A stretch of 33,792 nucleotides of DNA from Promethearchaeota archaeon. GTDB lineage: Archaea > Asgardarchaeota > Hermodarchaeia > Hermodarchaeales > Hermodarchaeaceae. Shown here piece by piece: positions 1-9,607 of this stretch. The DNA is taken from contig JBHLPR010000024.1 of NCBI GenBank assembly GCA_048939245.1, positions 1-33,792 of the forward strand. Reading direction: 5' to 3'. Both the position numbers and the translations under genes were made by a program. Within the stretch, counting starts at the first letter, position 1. Each line of letters starts with the position of its first letter. Below the pieces are notes generated by a model, which did no database searches, was not told where the DNA came from, and saw nothing but the letters and a program-made list of their open reading frames with translations.

Positions 1-271
1 CTAAAAGCCATTCAACTGCGTCTGTAATCGCCCGATGATGACTTCCAAATTGAGGAGGCCATTGCACTTGAAGGCTTGGACGAGTTCCCTTTTGTACTTG
101 AATAACACGAACTGGAATCAGTGTATTATTGATGGAAAGGCACCGAGCAAATTCTCCGGGTTGCTTATAATCAGGAACGGGTTGTACATCAGAAAATACC
201 CAGCTGTCAACTGTGACATCTAAATCAAAGGGCTGTTGAAGCTCAACCTGGATGCCGTGTATCTCTGACAT
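1..271 (-). CDS. Partial (runs off window start) AlkA/OGG1-type DNA glycosylase, N-terminal domain
   Basis: Not in the ORF track. Hand-translated from ATG at 271: MSEIHGIQVELQQPFDLDVTVDSW...HHRAITDAVEWLL, open to base 1. The 'PFDL..T' start and 'AVEWLL' helix resemble AlkA N-terminal domains; the catalytic HhH part lies outside the window. Confidence 0.55.
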   Translation of the reverse strand, partial: MSEIHGIQVELQQPFDLDVTVDSWVFSDVQPVPDYKQPGEFARCLSINNTLIPVRVIQVQKGTRPSLQVQWPPQFGSHHRAITDAVEWLL

Positions 272-354
272 TCGTATACCAGTGACATCGAATACCTGAG
301 GACATATTTTATCTTATGCCTCTGAAATGCTAATTAGCGCTTAGAGTTCAAAGC

Positions 355-381
355 CGGTTGTTACAATATGTGTTACAACCG
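355..381. promoter_or_regulatory. Candidate operator, imperfect inverted repeat CGGTTGTTACA-N5-TGTTACAACCG
   Basis: 10/11 arm match, in the divergent intergenic region upstream of the HTH regulator. Confidence 0.5.
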
Positions 382-445
382 TCCACAACACTCTTAACCA
401 GCCGCACTACATAAAATAGCAAAGAATCTTGGTTGTGAATCCAAA

Positions 446-817
446 ATGGCAATGCTTGACGTTCAACGCATCCTCAACTGTCAAAACGTGGAAGCAAAGG
501 ATGTAATGCAATGTTTTCTTGGGCTCCGTTCCCTTGAAATCGATGTATATTTCTACCTCCTCAAAGGCCAATCCACAGTGAAAGAAGTTGCCGAAGCCCT
601 AGGACGAAACCGGAGTTCCGTTCAACGGGCCATCCAGAATCTTGTTCAACGAAATTTCGCCCATCGTCGTACACGCACCTTACGGAAAGGTGGCTATCTC
701 TATGTGTATGAAGCAGTCAGCATTGCCACAATGAAGAAACTCATCAAAGAGACACTGGATATGTTTTATCAACAAATCGAAGACTTCTTGGATCACTATT
801 GGGCTAAATCAACTTAA
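446..817 (+). CDS. TrmB-like winged-HTH transcriptional regulator (COG3355-type)
   Basis: HTH 'TVKEVAEALGRNRSSVQRAIQNL', wing 'RKGGYLYVYEA', N-terminal 'C..GL' motif. Confidence 0.85.
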   Translation: MAMLDVQRILNCQNVEAKDVMQCFLGLRSLEIDVYFYLLKGQSTVKEVAEALGRNRSSVQRAIQNLVQRNFAHRRTRTLRKGGYLYVYEAVSIATMKKLIKETLDMFYQQIEDFLDHYWAKST

Positions 818-830
818 ACGGATGTTCTCA

Positions 831-857
831 GTAGTGGCACTACCGATACGTTTATAT
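831..857 (+). promoter_or_regulatory. Palindrome GTAGTG-G-CACTAC (831-843) followed by TATA-like TTTATAT (851-857)
   Basis: Read directly; lies upstream of the 936 ORF, which has a GGTGA RBS. Confidence 0.5.
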
Positions 858-935
858 TTCGAGCCATAGACCCATTCTCAGAACTGCACAGGAAGGATAA
901 ATACCTCATTGCAGTATACAGGACGGTGAACTAAT

Positions 936-1166
936 ATGGCATCAATTGGCTGTCCCTTCTGCACAAAGACCGGAATCGCCATGATTATTACGGGCCTCAC
1001 CCTGGTCTTGATTAGCACTGTGATAGCACTTCCCTGGCTAGCGATCATCGGACTAGCCTTCTTACTTGCCGCATACATCGTCCCAGGACTCATGAGCGGA
1101 CAAGGTTGCCACCAAGAAGGTTGCAGCAACCCCGCACATAACCACGGAGAGGAAGAATCACAATGA
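936..1166 (+). CDS. Small two-TM membrane protein with N-terminal CPFC and C-terminal Cys/His tail
   Basis: GGTGA RBS, two hydrophobic stretches, ATGA overlap with the thioredoxin start. Confidence 0.75.
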   Translation: MASIGCPFCTKTGIAMIITGLTLVLISTVIALPWLAIIGLAFLLAAYIVPGLMSGQGCHQEGCSNPAHNHGEEESQ

Positions 1167-1582
1167 GTGATAAACCCGATCCCGAACTAGCACGATTACG
1201 TGAACAAAAACTTAAGGAGTTACAACAAAAAATGGCAATCCAAACAGAACCCAAAAAAACACCCCAAGGCAAAGTCCTTCACCTTTCCACCGCCGATTTT
1301 GATCAAACCATTAGCGAAGGCGTCACACTTGTCGACTTTTTCGCTGAGTGGTGTGGACCATGTAAAATGATGGCCCCTGTTGTGCATAAATTAGCACAAG
1401 AATATGCCGGGCGTGCCCAGGTGGCAAAATTAGATGTTGATTATAATACAGAAATCGCGATGCGGTACCGCGTGCAAGGCGTACCCACCTTTGCAATCTT
1501 CAAGGATGGCGTAATGGTCCATCGTATTGTTGGTGGTGTTGGTTATCAACCGTTGAAGACCGCATTAGACACGTTTCTGTAG
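1163..1582 (+). CDS. trxA: Thioredoxin with N-terminal helical extension
   Basis: VDFFAEWCGPCK active site, cis-Pro 'GVPT', FKDG. Confidence 0.95.
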   Translation: MSDKPDPELARLREQKLKELQQKMAIQTEPKKTPQGKVLHLSTADFDQTISEGVTLVDFFAEWCGPCKMMAPVVHKLAQEYAGRAQVAKLDVDYNTEIAMRYRVQGVPTFAIFKDGVMVHRIVGGVGYQPLKTALDTFL

Positions 1583-1648
1583 CGATAACGAAATATCCAA
1601 TTGAGAGACAGCTGCACGCAATGTTCAACCGTTTCATACTCAAGCATC

Positions 1649-1676
1649 TCCGAAAATTTTTTATTGTAATTTCGGA
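1649..1676. promoter_or_regulatory. Candidate heat-shock operator TCCGAAA-N14-TTTCGGA
   Basis: Perfect 7-bp arms around an AT-rich spacer, upstream of grpE. Confidence 0.4.
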
Positions 1677-1824
1677 ATTTCGTGAGTTGCTGGACCACCC
1701 GAACAGTGTCCGGAGTTGTTGAAATATGTTCTGGACAGGATTTGGGAATTAGGTATGAATAGATATCTCCCATTATGAGAGATTAACCCCTGCTTTGAAA
1801 CAACCAACCAGGAGGATTCGGTCA

Positions 1825-2484
1825 ATGACTGACAAATCAGCAAAATCAAGTAAACCATCAAAAGAAATGACCAGTGAGAAGCTAGTTGATGGTCCAGACC
1901 CTGCAAAGAAACATCCCAAAAAAACCACTAAGCCAAAGTTGACTAAAAAAGAACTAAAGATGGCTTTAGAAGAAGCAAAGGCGCAAGCGGAAAAATACAA
2001 GAGTCAACTTGCGTACTTACAAGCAGAACATGAGAATTATGCGAAGTCAATGCAAAGACGGGAAGCAAATGTTCGTCTTCAAGCGAATCGTGATTTGATA
2101 TTAAGCTTGTTACCTATCTTGGATGACTTAGAACGTGCCCAGCTAATGGTGCCTCAAATTGAAGTAAATGAGCCTTTCATCAACGGTTATACAATGCTAG
2201 TGGAAAATTTGAAATCCGCGTTGGAGCATGCAGGTGTGAAATTAATTGAATGCGAGGGACAGGTCTTTAATCCCTTGCGACATGAAGCGGTGGTACGCGA
2301 AGAATCTGATTCAATAGCCCCCAATACTGTCATTGAAGAGCTACGCAAAGGTTATCTTCTTAAGGGAGCGTTATTGCGTCCCTCAATGGTAAAGATTACT
2401 GTTGCACCCGCTTCATCGTCCAAAGCAGAGGCGAATAAAGATGAAACGAAAACCTCTGCAAAGAACGTATCAAGTACCGATTAA
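1825..2484 (+). CDS. grpE: Nucleotide exchange factor GrpE
   Basis: 'AEHENYAK', 'LLPILDDLERA', 'FNPLRHEAV', 'KGYLLKGALLRPSMVKI'. ATG at 1825 follows AGGAGG (track start is TTG 1795). Confidence 0.95.
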   Translation: MTDKSAKSSKPSKEMTSEKLVDGPDPAKKHPKKTTKPKLTKKELKMALEEAKAQAEKYKSQLAYLQAEHENYAKSMQRREANVRLQANRDLILSLLPILDDLERAQLMVPQIEVNEPFINGYTMLVENLKSALEHAGVKLIECEGQVFNPLRHEAVVREESDSIAPNTVIEELRKGYLLKGALLRPSMVKITVAPASSSKAEANKDETKTSAKNVSSTD

Positions 2485-2508
2485 TATCTTAAGATTCAGA
2501 AAAGCGAG

Positions 2509-4422
2509 ATGAATGAAATGGCAAAAATTATTGGAATCGACTTGGGAACGAGTAACTCAGCTGCGGCTGTAATGCGTGGAGATCGTCCGATCATCATTCC
2601 AAGTGCTGAAGGACCCACTGTTTCAGGAAAAGCCTTCCCATCGTATGTTGCCATCACAGAAGATGATACACGATTGGTTGGCGAACCAGCTCGACGGCAG
2701 GCTGTAGCAAATCCTGAGGGGACAGTGACAGCCGTAAAACGGAAAATGGGAACTCGAAAAAAGATCAAAATTCGAGATAAAACCTTCACACCAGAAGAGG
2801 TATCCTCTTTCATTTTGCGAAAGATTAAGACTGACGCGGAAGCGTTCCTTGGAGAACCGGTGAAACAAGCAGTGATTACGGTTCCTGCATATTTCAATGA
2901 CAACCAACGACAAGCCACTAAAGACGCAGGAGAACTCGCAGGACTTGAAGTCGTACGACTCATCAATGAACCGACTGCAGCATCGTTAGCCTATGGGATC
3001 GACAAACTCGACAAGGATTTACGAATTCTTGTATTCGATTTCGGGGGTGGGACTTTAGATGTCACCATCATGGAATTTGGTCCTGATCCTGATACTGGAA
3101 GTGGACTCTTCCAAGTGGTCTCTACTGCTGGTGACACCCAACTGGGTGGAACGGACATGGACCTTGTGATTGCTGAATGGTTAGCTGATGAATTCAAAGC
3201 CGAACATGGGATGGACCTTCACGGCGATCCCACTGCTTGGCGTCGTCTCCTCGAAGCCTCAGAGAAAGCGAAGATTGAATTGTCAAATGTCATTGAAACC
3301 GAAATTAACTTGCCCTATCTTACCGCCGATAAAACTGGACCCAAGCACCTTCAAAGAAAACTCACTCGGGCGAAATTGGAAGATCTTATTCGAGATATTG
3401 TGAATCGGTGTGATGGTCCCATGCGTCAGGCCATAAGTGATGCTAAACTTCGTCCCAATGATGTAGACAAGATCATTCTGATTGGTGGACCTACACGAAT
3501 GCCTATTGTTCGACAATATGTGGAGAAATTCATTGGTAAGAAAGCAGAACGAGGCGTCGACCCCATGGAAGCCGTAGCCCTTGGTGCAGCCATCCAAGGT
3601 GGAGTAATCACTGGCGACGTCAAAGATCTCCTTCTCTTGGACGTTACCCCGCTCTCATTGGGAGTAGAGACGAAAGGAGATATCATGACCCCTATTATCG
3701 AGCGAAACACAACAATTCCAGTGGAACGTAGTCAGATCTTCAGCACAGCAGCAGATATGCAAACTGTAGTTACAATACATGTATTACAAGGCGAGCGCTC
3801 CCGAGCTAGTCAGAATATCTCATTAGGTCAATTCAATTTGACTGGAATTCCACCAGCGCCAATGGGTATACCACAAATAGAGGTCACCTTTGATATTGAC
3901 GTCAACGGGATTCTTCATGTTAAAGCCAAAGACCTTGGAACCAGCAACGAACAAAAAATCACTATCTCCGCCTCAACGAAATTAACCGAGAACCAGAAGG
4001 ACCGCATGGTAGCAGATGCAGAGAAGTACGAAGAAGAAGACAAACGCTACCGTGAAGAAGTTGAAGCACTGAACAAAGCAGAAGCATTGGTCTATTCGGC
4101 TCGGAAGACGATTAAAGAGCTTGGAGATAAAATCAGCAATGACGACAAACAAAAAATCGAAGACGCCGCGAACCGGTTAGAAAACGCAATTAAGGACAAG
4201 GATCTAGCCACTGCAAAGCAAGAGGAGGAAACCCTTACAGACATCCTGCAAGGAGTGGGCACCGCCGTATACCAGCAAGTTGCTGAGGAGCAAGCCCGAG
4301 CGCAAGCGCAAGAAGGCGTTGCTGATGAATCAACCTCTGAGCCAAAGAAGAAAAAGAAGAAAGGCAAAGAAAAAGTCGTCGATGCAGATTATGAAGTCGT
4401 TGATGATGAAGAAAAAAAGTAG
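2509..4422 (+). CDS. dnaK: Hsp70 chaperone DnaK
   Basis: [37 protein letters not shown]. Lacks the ~23-aa proteobacterial insert. Start may be 2518. Confidence 0.99.
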   Translation: MNEMAKIIGIDLGTSNSAAAVMRGDRPIIIPSAEGPTVSGKAFPSYVAITEDDTRLVGEPARRQAVANPEGTVTAVKRKMGTRKKIKIRDKTFTPEEVSSFILRKIKTDAEAFLGEPVKQAVITVPAYFNDNQRQATKDAGELAGLEVVRLINEPTAASLAYGIDKLDKDLRILVFDFGGGTLDVTIMEFGPDPDTGSGLFQVVSTAGDTQLGGTDMDLVIAEWLADEFKAEHGMDLHGDPTAWRRLLEASEKAKIELSNVIETEINLPYLTADKTGPKHLQRKLTRAKLEDLIRDIVNRCDGPMRQAISDAKLRPNDVDKIILIGGPTRMPIVRQYVEKFIGKKAERGVDPMEAVALGAAIQGGVITGDVKDLLLLDVTPLSLGVETKGDIMTPIIERNTTIPVERSQIFSTAADMQTVVTIHVLQGERSRASQNISLGQFNLTGIPPAPMGIPQIEVTFDIDVNGILHVKAKDLGTSNEQKITISASTKLTENQKDRMVADAEKYEEEDKRYREEVEALNKAEALVYSARKTIKELGDKISNDDKQKIEDAANRLENAIKDKDLATAKQEEETLTDILQGVGTAVYQQVAEEQARAQAQEGVADESTSEPKKKKKKGKEKVVDADYEVVDDEEKK

Positions 4423-4521
4423 ACTGCTGTTAGTAAATTATCCTTGACTTTCATCCAACCAGCTCAGCAGAAGAAATAAAAGCCCAGTTCAGATTCGGTT
4501 AGGCATTCATGGTGAGCTAGC

Positions 4522-5634
4522 GTGAGTTCTGGTAGCAACCAAAAACGAGACTACTACGAAGTCCTTAGTGTAGATAAGAAGGCTACCAAAGATGAGATAC
4601 GACGCGCTTACCGGAAACTTGCATTAAAATATCACCCAGACCGAAACAAGGAGCCGGATGCAGCAGAGAAGTTTAAGGAAATATCAGAAGCGTACGCTAT
4701 TCTCTCTGATGACAACAAACGAATGCAGTATGACCAGTTTGGCCATGCTGGCATCAGTGGACGTTATAGCGCTGAGGATATTTTTGGCGGCATCAATTTC
4801 GAGGATATTCTACGCAGTTTTGGACTTGGTGGTGGCTTTGGAGGCTTTGGAAGCATCTTCGATTTCTTTACAGGTCGAGGTGGAAGACAGGCTTCACGAA
4901 CTGATCAGCCCATCGACCTTCGTTATGACATGAAGATTTCACTCAAAGAAGCGGCTACAGGAATCGAAAGAGAAATCACCCTCAAACGCGACGAACAATG
5001 CCCCAAATGTGGCGGAACTGGAGCAGAACCCGGAACTCCCATGAAGACCTGTTCACGCTGTGGTGGACGTGGAGAACTAAGACAAGTCCAACAGACCATG
5101 TTTGGCCAAGTAATCCGCGTAGCAACCTGTCCTGAATGTGGTGGGCGTGGACAAACTATTGAGACACCGTGCTCTGAATGTAACGGAAAGCACACTGTCC
5201 GAGAGAAACGAAGCATCCGAGTTCAAATCCCCCCTGGAGTCGAATCGGGTTCCATGCTTAGACTAAAAGGTCAAGGAGCCTCACAACGTGGTGGACTACC
5301 AGGTGACCTTTATGTCGTTGTTCATATCGAACCTGATAAAGTCTTCGAACGGATGGGTGATGATATTCTGTTAGAATTACCGATATCCATAACCCAAGCT
5401 ACCCTAGGAACGGAAATAGAAGTTCCGACACTGCTCTCTAAAGCTAAACTGAAAATCCCAGCTGGCACGCAACCGGATACGATTCTTCGGCTTAGAGGAC
5501 AAGGAATGCCACGAGCGCGTTGGCGTGGGAATGGAGATCTACTCGTTCGAATTAAAGTCGAAATTCCTAAGAAGCTCAAACGGCAACAACGAGAATTGTT
5601 GAAACAACTTGCCGATGAACTGGATAAGAAGTGA
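4522..5634 (+). CDS. dnaJ: Co-chaperone DnaJ
   Basis: J-domain HPD, G/F region, four CxxCxG zinc motifs. GTG start after GGTGAG. Confidence 0.99.
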   Translation: MSSGSNQKRDYYEVLSVDKKATKDEIRRAYRKLALKYHPDRNKEPDAAEKFKEISEAYAILSDDNKRMQYDQFGHAGISGRYSAEDIFGGINFEDILRSFGLGGGFGGFGSIFDFFTGRGGRQASRTDQPIDLRYDMKISLKEAATGIEREITLKRDEQCPKCGGTGAEPGTPMKTCSRCGGRGELRQVQQTMFGQVIRVATCPECGGRGQTIETPCSECNGKHTVREKRSIRVQIPPGVESGSMLRLKGQGASQRGGLPGDLYVVVHIEPDKVFERMGDDILLELPISITQATLGTEIEVPTLLSKAKLKIPAGTQPDTILRLRGQGMPRARWRGNGDLLVRIKVEIPKKLKRQQRELLKQLADELDKK

Positions 5635-5638
5635 TTTC

Positions 5639-7015
5639 TTAATCCGCTTTAGCTACGACTTGAATATCACTAAACTGAATTGAAGGAGCGATGAAGGAAC
5701 CGCCTGCACCAACAAGGTAGCTACGAACATCACTCCCCACAACAGCTACATTCCTGATAAGGTCGAATGCGTTGCCTGCTAACATTAAACCGTGAACAGC
5801 TCCTATGAGTTCACCATCTATGATTCGAAAGGCTGGATTTCCAACGACACTATAGTCCCCTGTTTCTTGGTTCGAGGAATGAGCCCCCTGTAACCCTTTG
5901 ATGAGATAACCGGATTCTATCTCACTCAACATATCCTCAAGTGAATGCTTTCCTCCAGGAACCACCATATTGGTTGGAGCCGTTTCAACCACACCGGTAC
6001 GAAGATTGCGTTGAGCATTTCCTGTGCTAGTTAATCCGTGTCGATTTGCCCAGTAATTGTTCCACAAGAAGGAACGTAACTTGCCTTTTTCTATGATGGA
6101 TGTCTTTTGTTGAGGAACACCTTCGCCATCAAAGAGCCCCGTAGCATATCCACCATTGAATCGGCCATCATCGGTGAATGTAAGAGCTTCTGAAGCAATA
6201 TTATCATCTATCTTATCCGCAAGTTTTGATTTTTCACGAACTACATTTTCACCTTTAAGGGCTGGCATGAACGCGTATGCAAGCAAAGAACCCAAAGCAT
6301 TTGCTTCAAATAAAACAGTACCTGGACCTGTTTCTCCTTTTGCATGTTTTTTCGCAAGGAGTACGTCGTGGACTGTTGTATTGACAACATAATCCAAGTC
6401 TAACTGGAAATTACGCTTAACATCAACAGACGATACTGAAGGAGTCATCCCATTATCTGTTGGAGCCACTAAGACTGAATATGCATAAGTACCAGTTCCA
6501 CGATCTGTGACAGATATTCCATTCGAGTTAGCATATGCAGTCCACCCAAAGAAGCTACCGGATCCTGCCTCACCTATAATTATTGAAGAATCTTTTTTCA
6601 TGGTGTCCTTAGTAATTTTCATAGCCAAGTCAACGAATACACTTGGTTCCTTTTCAGGAATCGAATCATCCCAGGTTCCTGTTAATTTCGCATACTTGGT
6701 TTTCGGAGCAAAATCTTTCCATGTTTCATCAGGTGTACTTGCTTTTGCAGCCGCAATAGCTCGTTTGACGGACTCCTCAATAGCGTCGTGGTTTAGTCGA
6801 TTTGTATAAGCTGAACCTAAACGCTTCTCCGTCACGACACGAATAGAGACGCCAGCTTCTTGGGACTTTATTGCTTTGTTGATTTGTCCAAGAGCAACTT
6901 CACAGCTAATCTCATAATTATCTTGAAGAAAGATCTCTATCTGATCGACTTTCTTAGATCCGAATGCTACTGCTTTTTCTGCGAGTGTTAGAAGTGTTTG
7001 TTGTTTGTCTTTCAT
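5639..7015 (-). CDS. pmbA: TldE/PmbA family protein (non-catalytic subunit)
   Basis: 'FDGEGVP', 'STGNAQR', 'TGDYS', no HExxxH. ATG at 7015 follows GGAGG (track start 7048). Confidence 0.9.
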   Translation of the reverse strand: MKDKQQTLLTLAEKAVAFGSKKVDQIEIFLQDNYEISCEVALGQINKAIKSQEAGVSIRVVTEKRLGSAYTNRLNHDAIEESVKRAIAAAKASTPDETWKDFAPKTKYAKLTGTWDDSIPEKEPSVFVDLAMKITKDTMKKDSSIIIGEAGSGSFFGWTAYANSNGISVTDRGTGTYAYSVLVAPTDNGMTPSVSSVDVKRNFQLDLDYVVNTTVHDVLLAKKHAKGETGPGTVLFEANALGSLLAYAFMPALKGENVVREKSKLADKIDDNIASEALTFTDDGRFNGGYATGLFDGEGVPQQKTSIIEKGKLRSFLWNNYWANRHGLTSTGNAQRNLRTGVVETAPTNMVVPGGKHSLEDMLSEIESGYLIKGLQGAHSSNQETGDYSVVGNPAFRIIDGELIGAVHGLMLAGNAFDLIRNVAVVGSDVRSYLVGAGGSFIAPSIQFSDIQVVAKAD

Positions 7016-7031
7016 TTTTTTAGCCTCCGTT

Positions 7032-8483
7032 TCAAGCTTTTCCTCCAAAAGTTATTGGTCCGCTACCAAATCGAATGAGAGGACCTCCGTCACTGACGAG
7101 TGCTTCTTGCCCTTTTCCACACCGTCCAGCCCCATAGCCGAATGTGTCTTTGCCTACCCCTTCTATCTTAAGAAGCGCTTCAGTGGCAATGCCTGAAATA
7201 GACATATTAGTCACCGAGTTACCAAGTTTCCCGTCTACTATTTCAAAAGCTTCCTGGATGCCTACTTGGAAGCTTGCATTCATTTGGGCTTGACCTCCTG
7301 CAACACTGAGACAGTAGTACCCAAAATCAATGCCTTCAAAGAGTTCGTCATCAGACATGTCTCCACGCTCAAAGAAAGTGTTTCGCATTCGAATTATTGG
7401 GACGAATCGATAGTCTTCAGCTCGCGAATTCCCGGAGGTGGGCAAATTTGTCTTTTTAGCATATTCTCGATCAGTTAATAATGCAGTAAGCACTCCATCT
7501 TTGATCAGATGGACACGGCTTGTCGGAACTCCTTCATCGTCATATTTGACGGTGCCAAGGCCTTCCGCAATTGTTCCATCATCGACCATATTCACACCCT
7601 TGGGGGCAACCTCTTGATTCATTTTGCCTGCAAAGGCAGATTGTAGTGTGAGATCTGCTTCCGCGAGATGGCCTAAAGCTTCATGAGCAAGTGTGCCGAC
7701 TACTTTCGGACCGAGTACACATGGGAAGCTCCCTGGTTTAGGGGTAGCGCCTTTAAGTTGCTTTTTAACACGACCGACAATGCGTTCCGCTACGATTTCA
7801 GGGGTTTGGTTGTGTTCGTAGAATTCCCAACCATGTGCGGTGGTTCCTGTCTCATCTCGGGCACCAGTTATTTTGTTGTTTTCTTTGGCAGTCAGCCAAA
7901 CCCAGAGATGGACATGTCCAAAGCCCATCTCGAGTTGAGTTCCCTCATTCGTTACAAGATATTTCGTGCCAAACCCATCACGTTGTCGAATGGTGATGGC
8001 TTTTACCCGAGATTCAAGTTTCTGTGTTTCTTCCCAAAGCTTTGTAGCATAGGCGATTTTTTCTTTTGGATCAACATCCGATGGATTCCGACTTACCTTA
8101 AGAGGAATCGTTTTTTGAACAGGTATGATTTCAGCAAGTTCAATTGGGTCTTTTCTAGCCTGCCCTGCGCTCTTAGCAAGTGAAAAGGCATCTTTCACAG
8201 ATGTTTGTAGAGCTTTGAGAGAAAGGTCATTGGATGACACAAATCCCCATGTTCCATCAGCCAAAACCCGAATTGCCACACCCTCTTCTATACGTTGGCT
8301 GATGCTACGAACACGACCATCTTCAAATTGTGTGTTACTGCGGTTTAGGGATTCTCCTCGCAACTCCACATAAGTTGCACCGAGTTTTTCCCCGTAATCA
8401 GAAGCTTTCTGGAGCTTATCAATCAAACAAATCACTTCAAATATGTTAGAATACTGCAAGTTATAGAGCTCGATAAAATACAT
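7032..8483 (-). CDS. tldD: TldD family metalloprotease
   Basis: HEALGHLAEAD, YDDEG, RMRNT, GRCGKGQ. True start may be TTG at 8426. Confidence 0.93.
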   Translation of the reverse strand: MYFIELYNLQYSNIFEVICLIDKLQKASDYGEKLGATYVELRGESLNRSNTQFEDGRVRSISQRIEEGVAIRVLADGTWGFVSSNDLSLKALQTSVKDAFSLAKSAGQARKDPIELAEIIPVQKTIPLKVSRNPSDVDPKEKIAYATKLWEETQKLESRVKAITIRQRDGFGTKYLVTNEGTQLEMGFGHVHLWVWLTAKENNKITGARDETGTTAHGWEFYEHNQTPEIVAERIVGRVKKQLKGATPKPGSFPCVLGPKVVGTLAHEALGHLAEADLTLQSAFAGKMNQEVAPKGVNMVDDGTIAEGLGTVKYDDEGVPTSRVHLIKDGVLTALLTDREYAKKTNLPTSGNSRAEDYRFVPIIRMRNTFFERGDMSDDELFEGIDFGYYCLSVAGGQAQMNASFQVGIQEAFEIVDGKLGNSVTNMSISGIATEALLKIEGVGKDTFGYGAGRCGKGQEALVSDGGPLIRFGSGPITFGGKA

Positions 8484-8532
8484 AACAGCTTATAAGCCAA
8501 TTGGATTGCACAAATGTGGTGAGGAATAATCG

Positions 8533-9021
8533 TTGGACCAAAACCCAAAGTTCATTGCTGATGCGATGTTGGGGTCATTAGCCCGCTGGTTACGGTTCCT
8601 GGGATATGACACGTTCTACTGTGGAACTGAACCGGATGATGAAATCATATCTAGAATCGATGGGCGTATACTTCTCACCCGAGATAAGGAGCTAATCATT
8701 CGGGCGCGAAAACGAGGATACCAGGTTGTTAATCCCGGTAGTGGCTCGATTGGATCAATGCTTCATCGGCTTAAACAACAACTTGATATTCGGTTCATTG
8801 CTAATCCTGCCCAGAGCCGATGTGCGCAATGTAATTCCCCTCTTTTGGAGTGCACTCGGGAACAGGTTAAAGGCTTGGTTCCTAACGGCTCATTAAGAAG
8901 ACATGATAAGTTTTGGCGGTGTTCCAATCCACGTTGCCAACAGGTGTATTGGCTAGGGCGGCATTGGATTCGAATACAAAAAACATTAGACAAACTTGAG
9001 TCTCAGGATTTTAAAAAATGA
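8533..9021 (+). CDS. Mut7-C (PIN-like) RNase domain protein
   Basis: 'FIADAMLGSLARWLRFLGYDT', 'LLTRD', RCxxCN...C-x4-C-x-QVYWxGxHW. Confidence 0.92.
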   Translation: MDQNPKFIADAMLGSLARWLRFLGYDTFYCGTEPDDEIISRIDGRILLTRDKELIIRARKRGYQVVNPGSGSIGSMLHRLKQQLDIRFIANPAQSRCAQCNSPLLECTREQVKGLVPNGSLRRHDKFWRCSNPRCQQVYWLGRHWIRIQKTLDKLESQDFKK

Positions 9022-9027
9022 TTTGAA

Positions 9028-9555
9028 TCATTTGGGATAGAATTGCGGGAGAAGAAAACGGGGAAGTGCACAAATTACTGCATCACGGAGCATTTGAGTT
9101 CGTGTCAATCGATTTTGGGTGAGTGCTCCAATTACTCCTTCATTCTGGAAGAGATCCTTGCGCCCAAGCAATTGGTCAACGATTTTTTTGCTTTTGTCGC
9201 TAGTGGGGTCCAATTTTTCTACTAATTGTTGAGACACCTCCAGTGCAACTGAACGGGCCACATGAATTTCCTCCTGTTTCATAACTGCGGCAATAGCTTG
9301 GATATAGGTAGCGTTATTTAGTTTGCATAGGCCCCCCTCAATACCCACGCTGAAATCAGCAGAAGGTTCTATTTTTTGGGCTTTTTGAACTCGGTTAATA
9401 GCACCTTGAAGGGTTTCAGCTTGATTCATTGGGAATGCTTGCACACCTGAGATTACTTGGGCTTGGATAATTGTCACATCATTGAAATACTGGCTGAACG
9501 CTTGAAAGACTGCGTCACGTTTAACTGGGTTTTGGGATCCAACAACAACGCGCAT
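9028..9555 (-). CDS. yjjX: Inosine/xanthosine triphosphatase (YjjX family)
   Basis: 'VGSQNPVK', 'SGV..P', 'GAINR', 'VGIEGG', 'GVIGALT', 'TR'. Confidence 0.88.
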   Translation of the reverse strand: MRVVVGSQNPVKRDAVFQAFSQYFNDVTIIQAQVISGVQAFPMNQAETLQGAINRVQKAQKIEPSADFSVGIEGGLCKLNNATYIQAIAAVMKQEEIHVARSVALEVSQQLVEKLDPTSDKSKKIVDQLLGRKDLFQNEGVIGALTQNRLTRTQMLRDAVICALPRFLLPQFYPK

Positions 9556-9607
9556 AATGGCTTCGTATTCACCACTCAGCTATAAATGGTGAGGGGAAGA
9601 GCCATAC

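Noticed and set aside
883-913. Stem ACTGCA/TGCAGT with minus-strand AUGA, considered as a SECIS
   Set aside because: No matching 3' GA quartet or apical AA, and nearby redox genes use Cys codons with no in-frame TGA.
2496-5579. Long antisense ORFs over dnaK and dnaJ, and similar shadows over tldD, glnA, pepF, ilvE and iorB
   Set aside because: They fully overlap well-supported genes and have no motifs or RBS; antisense open frames are a known property of hsp70 genes.
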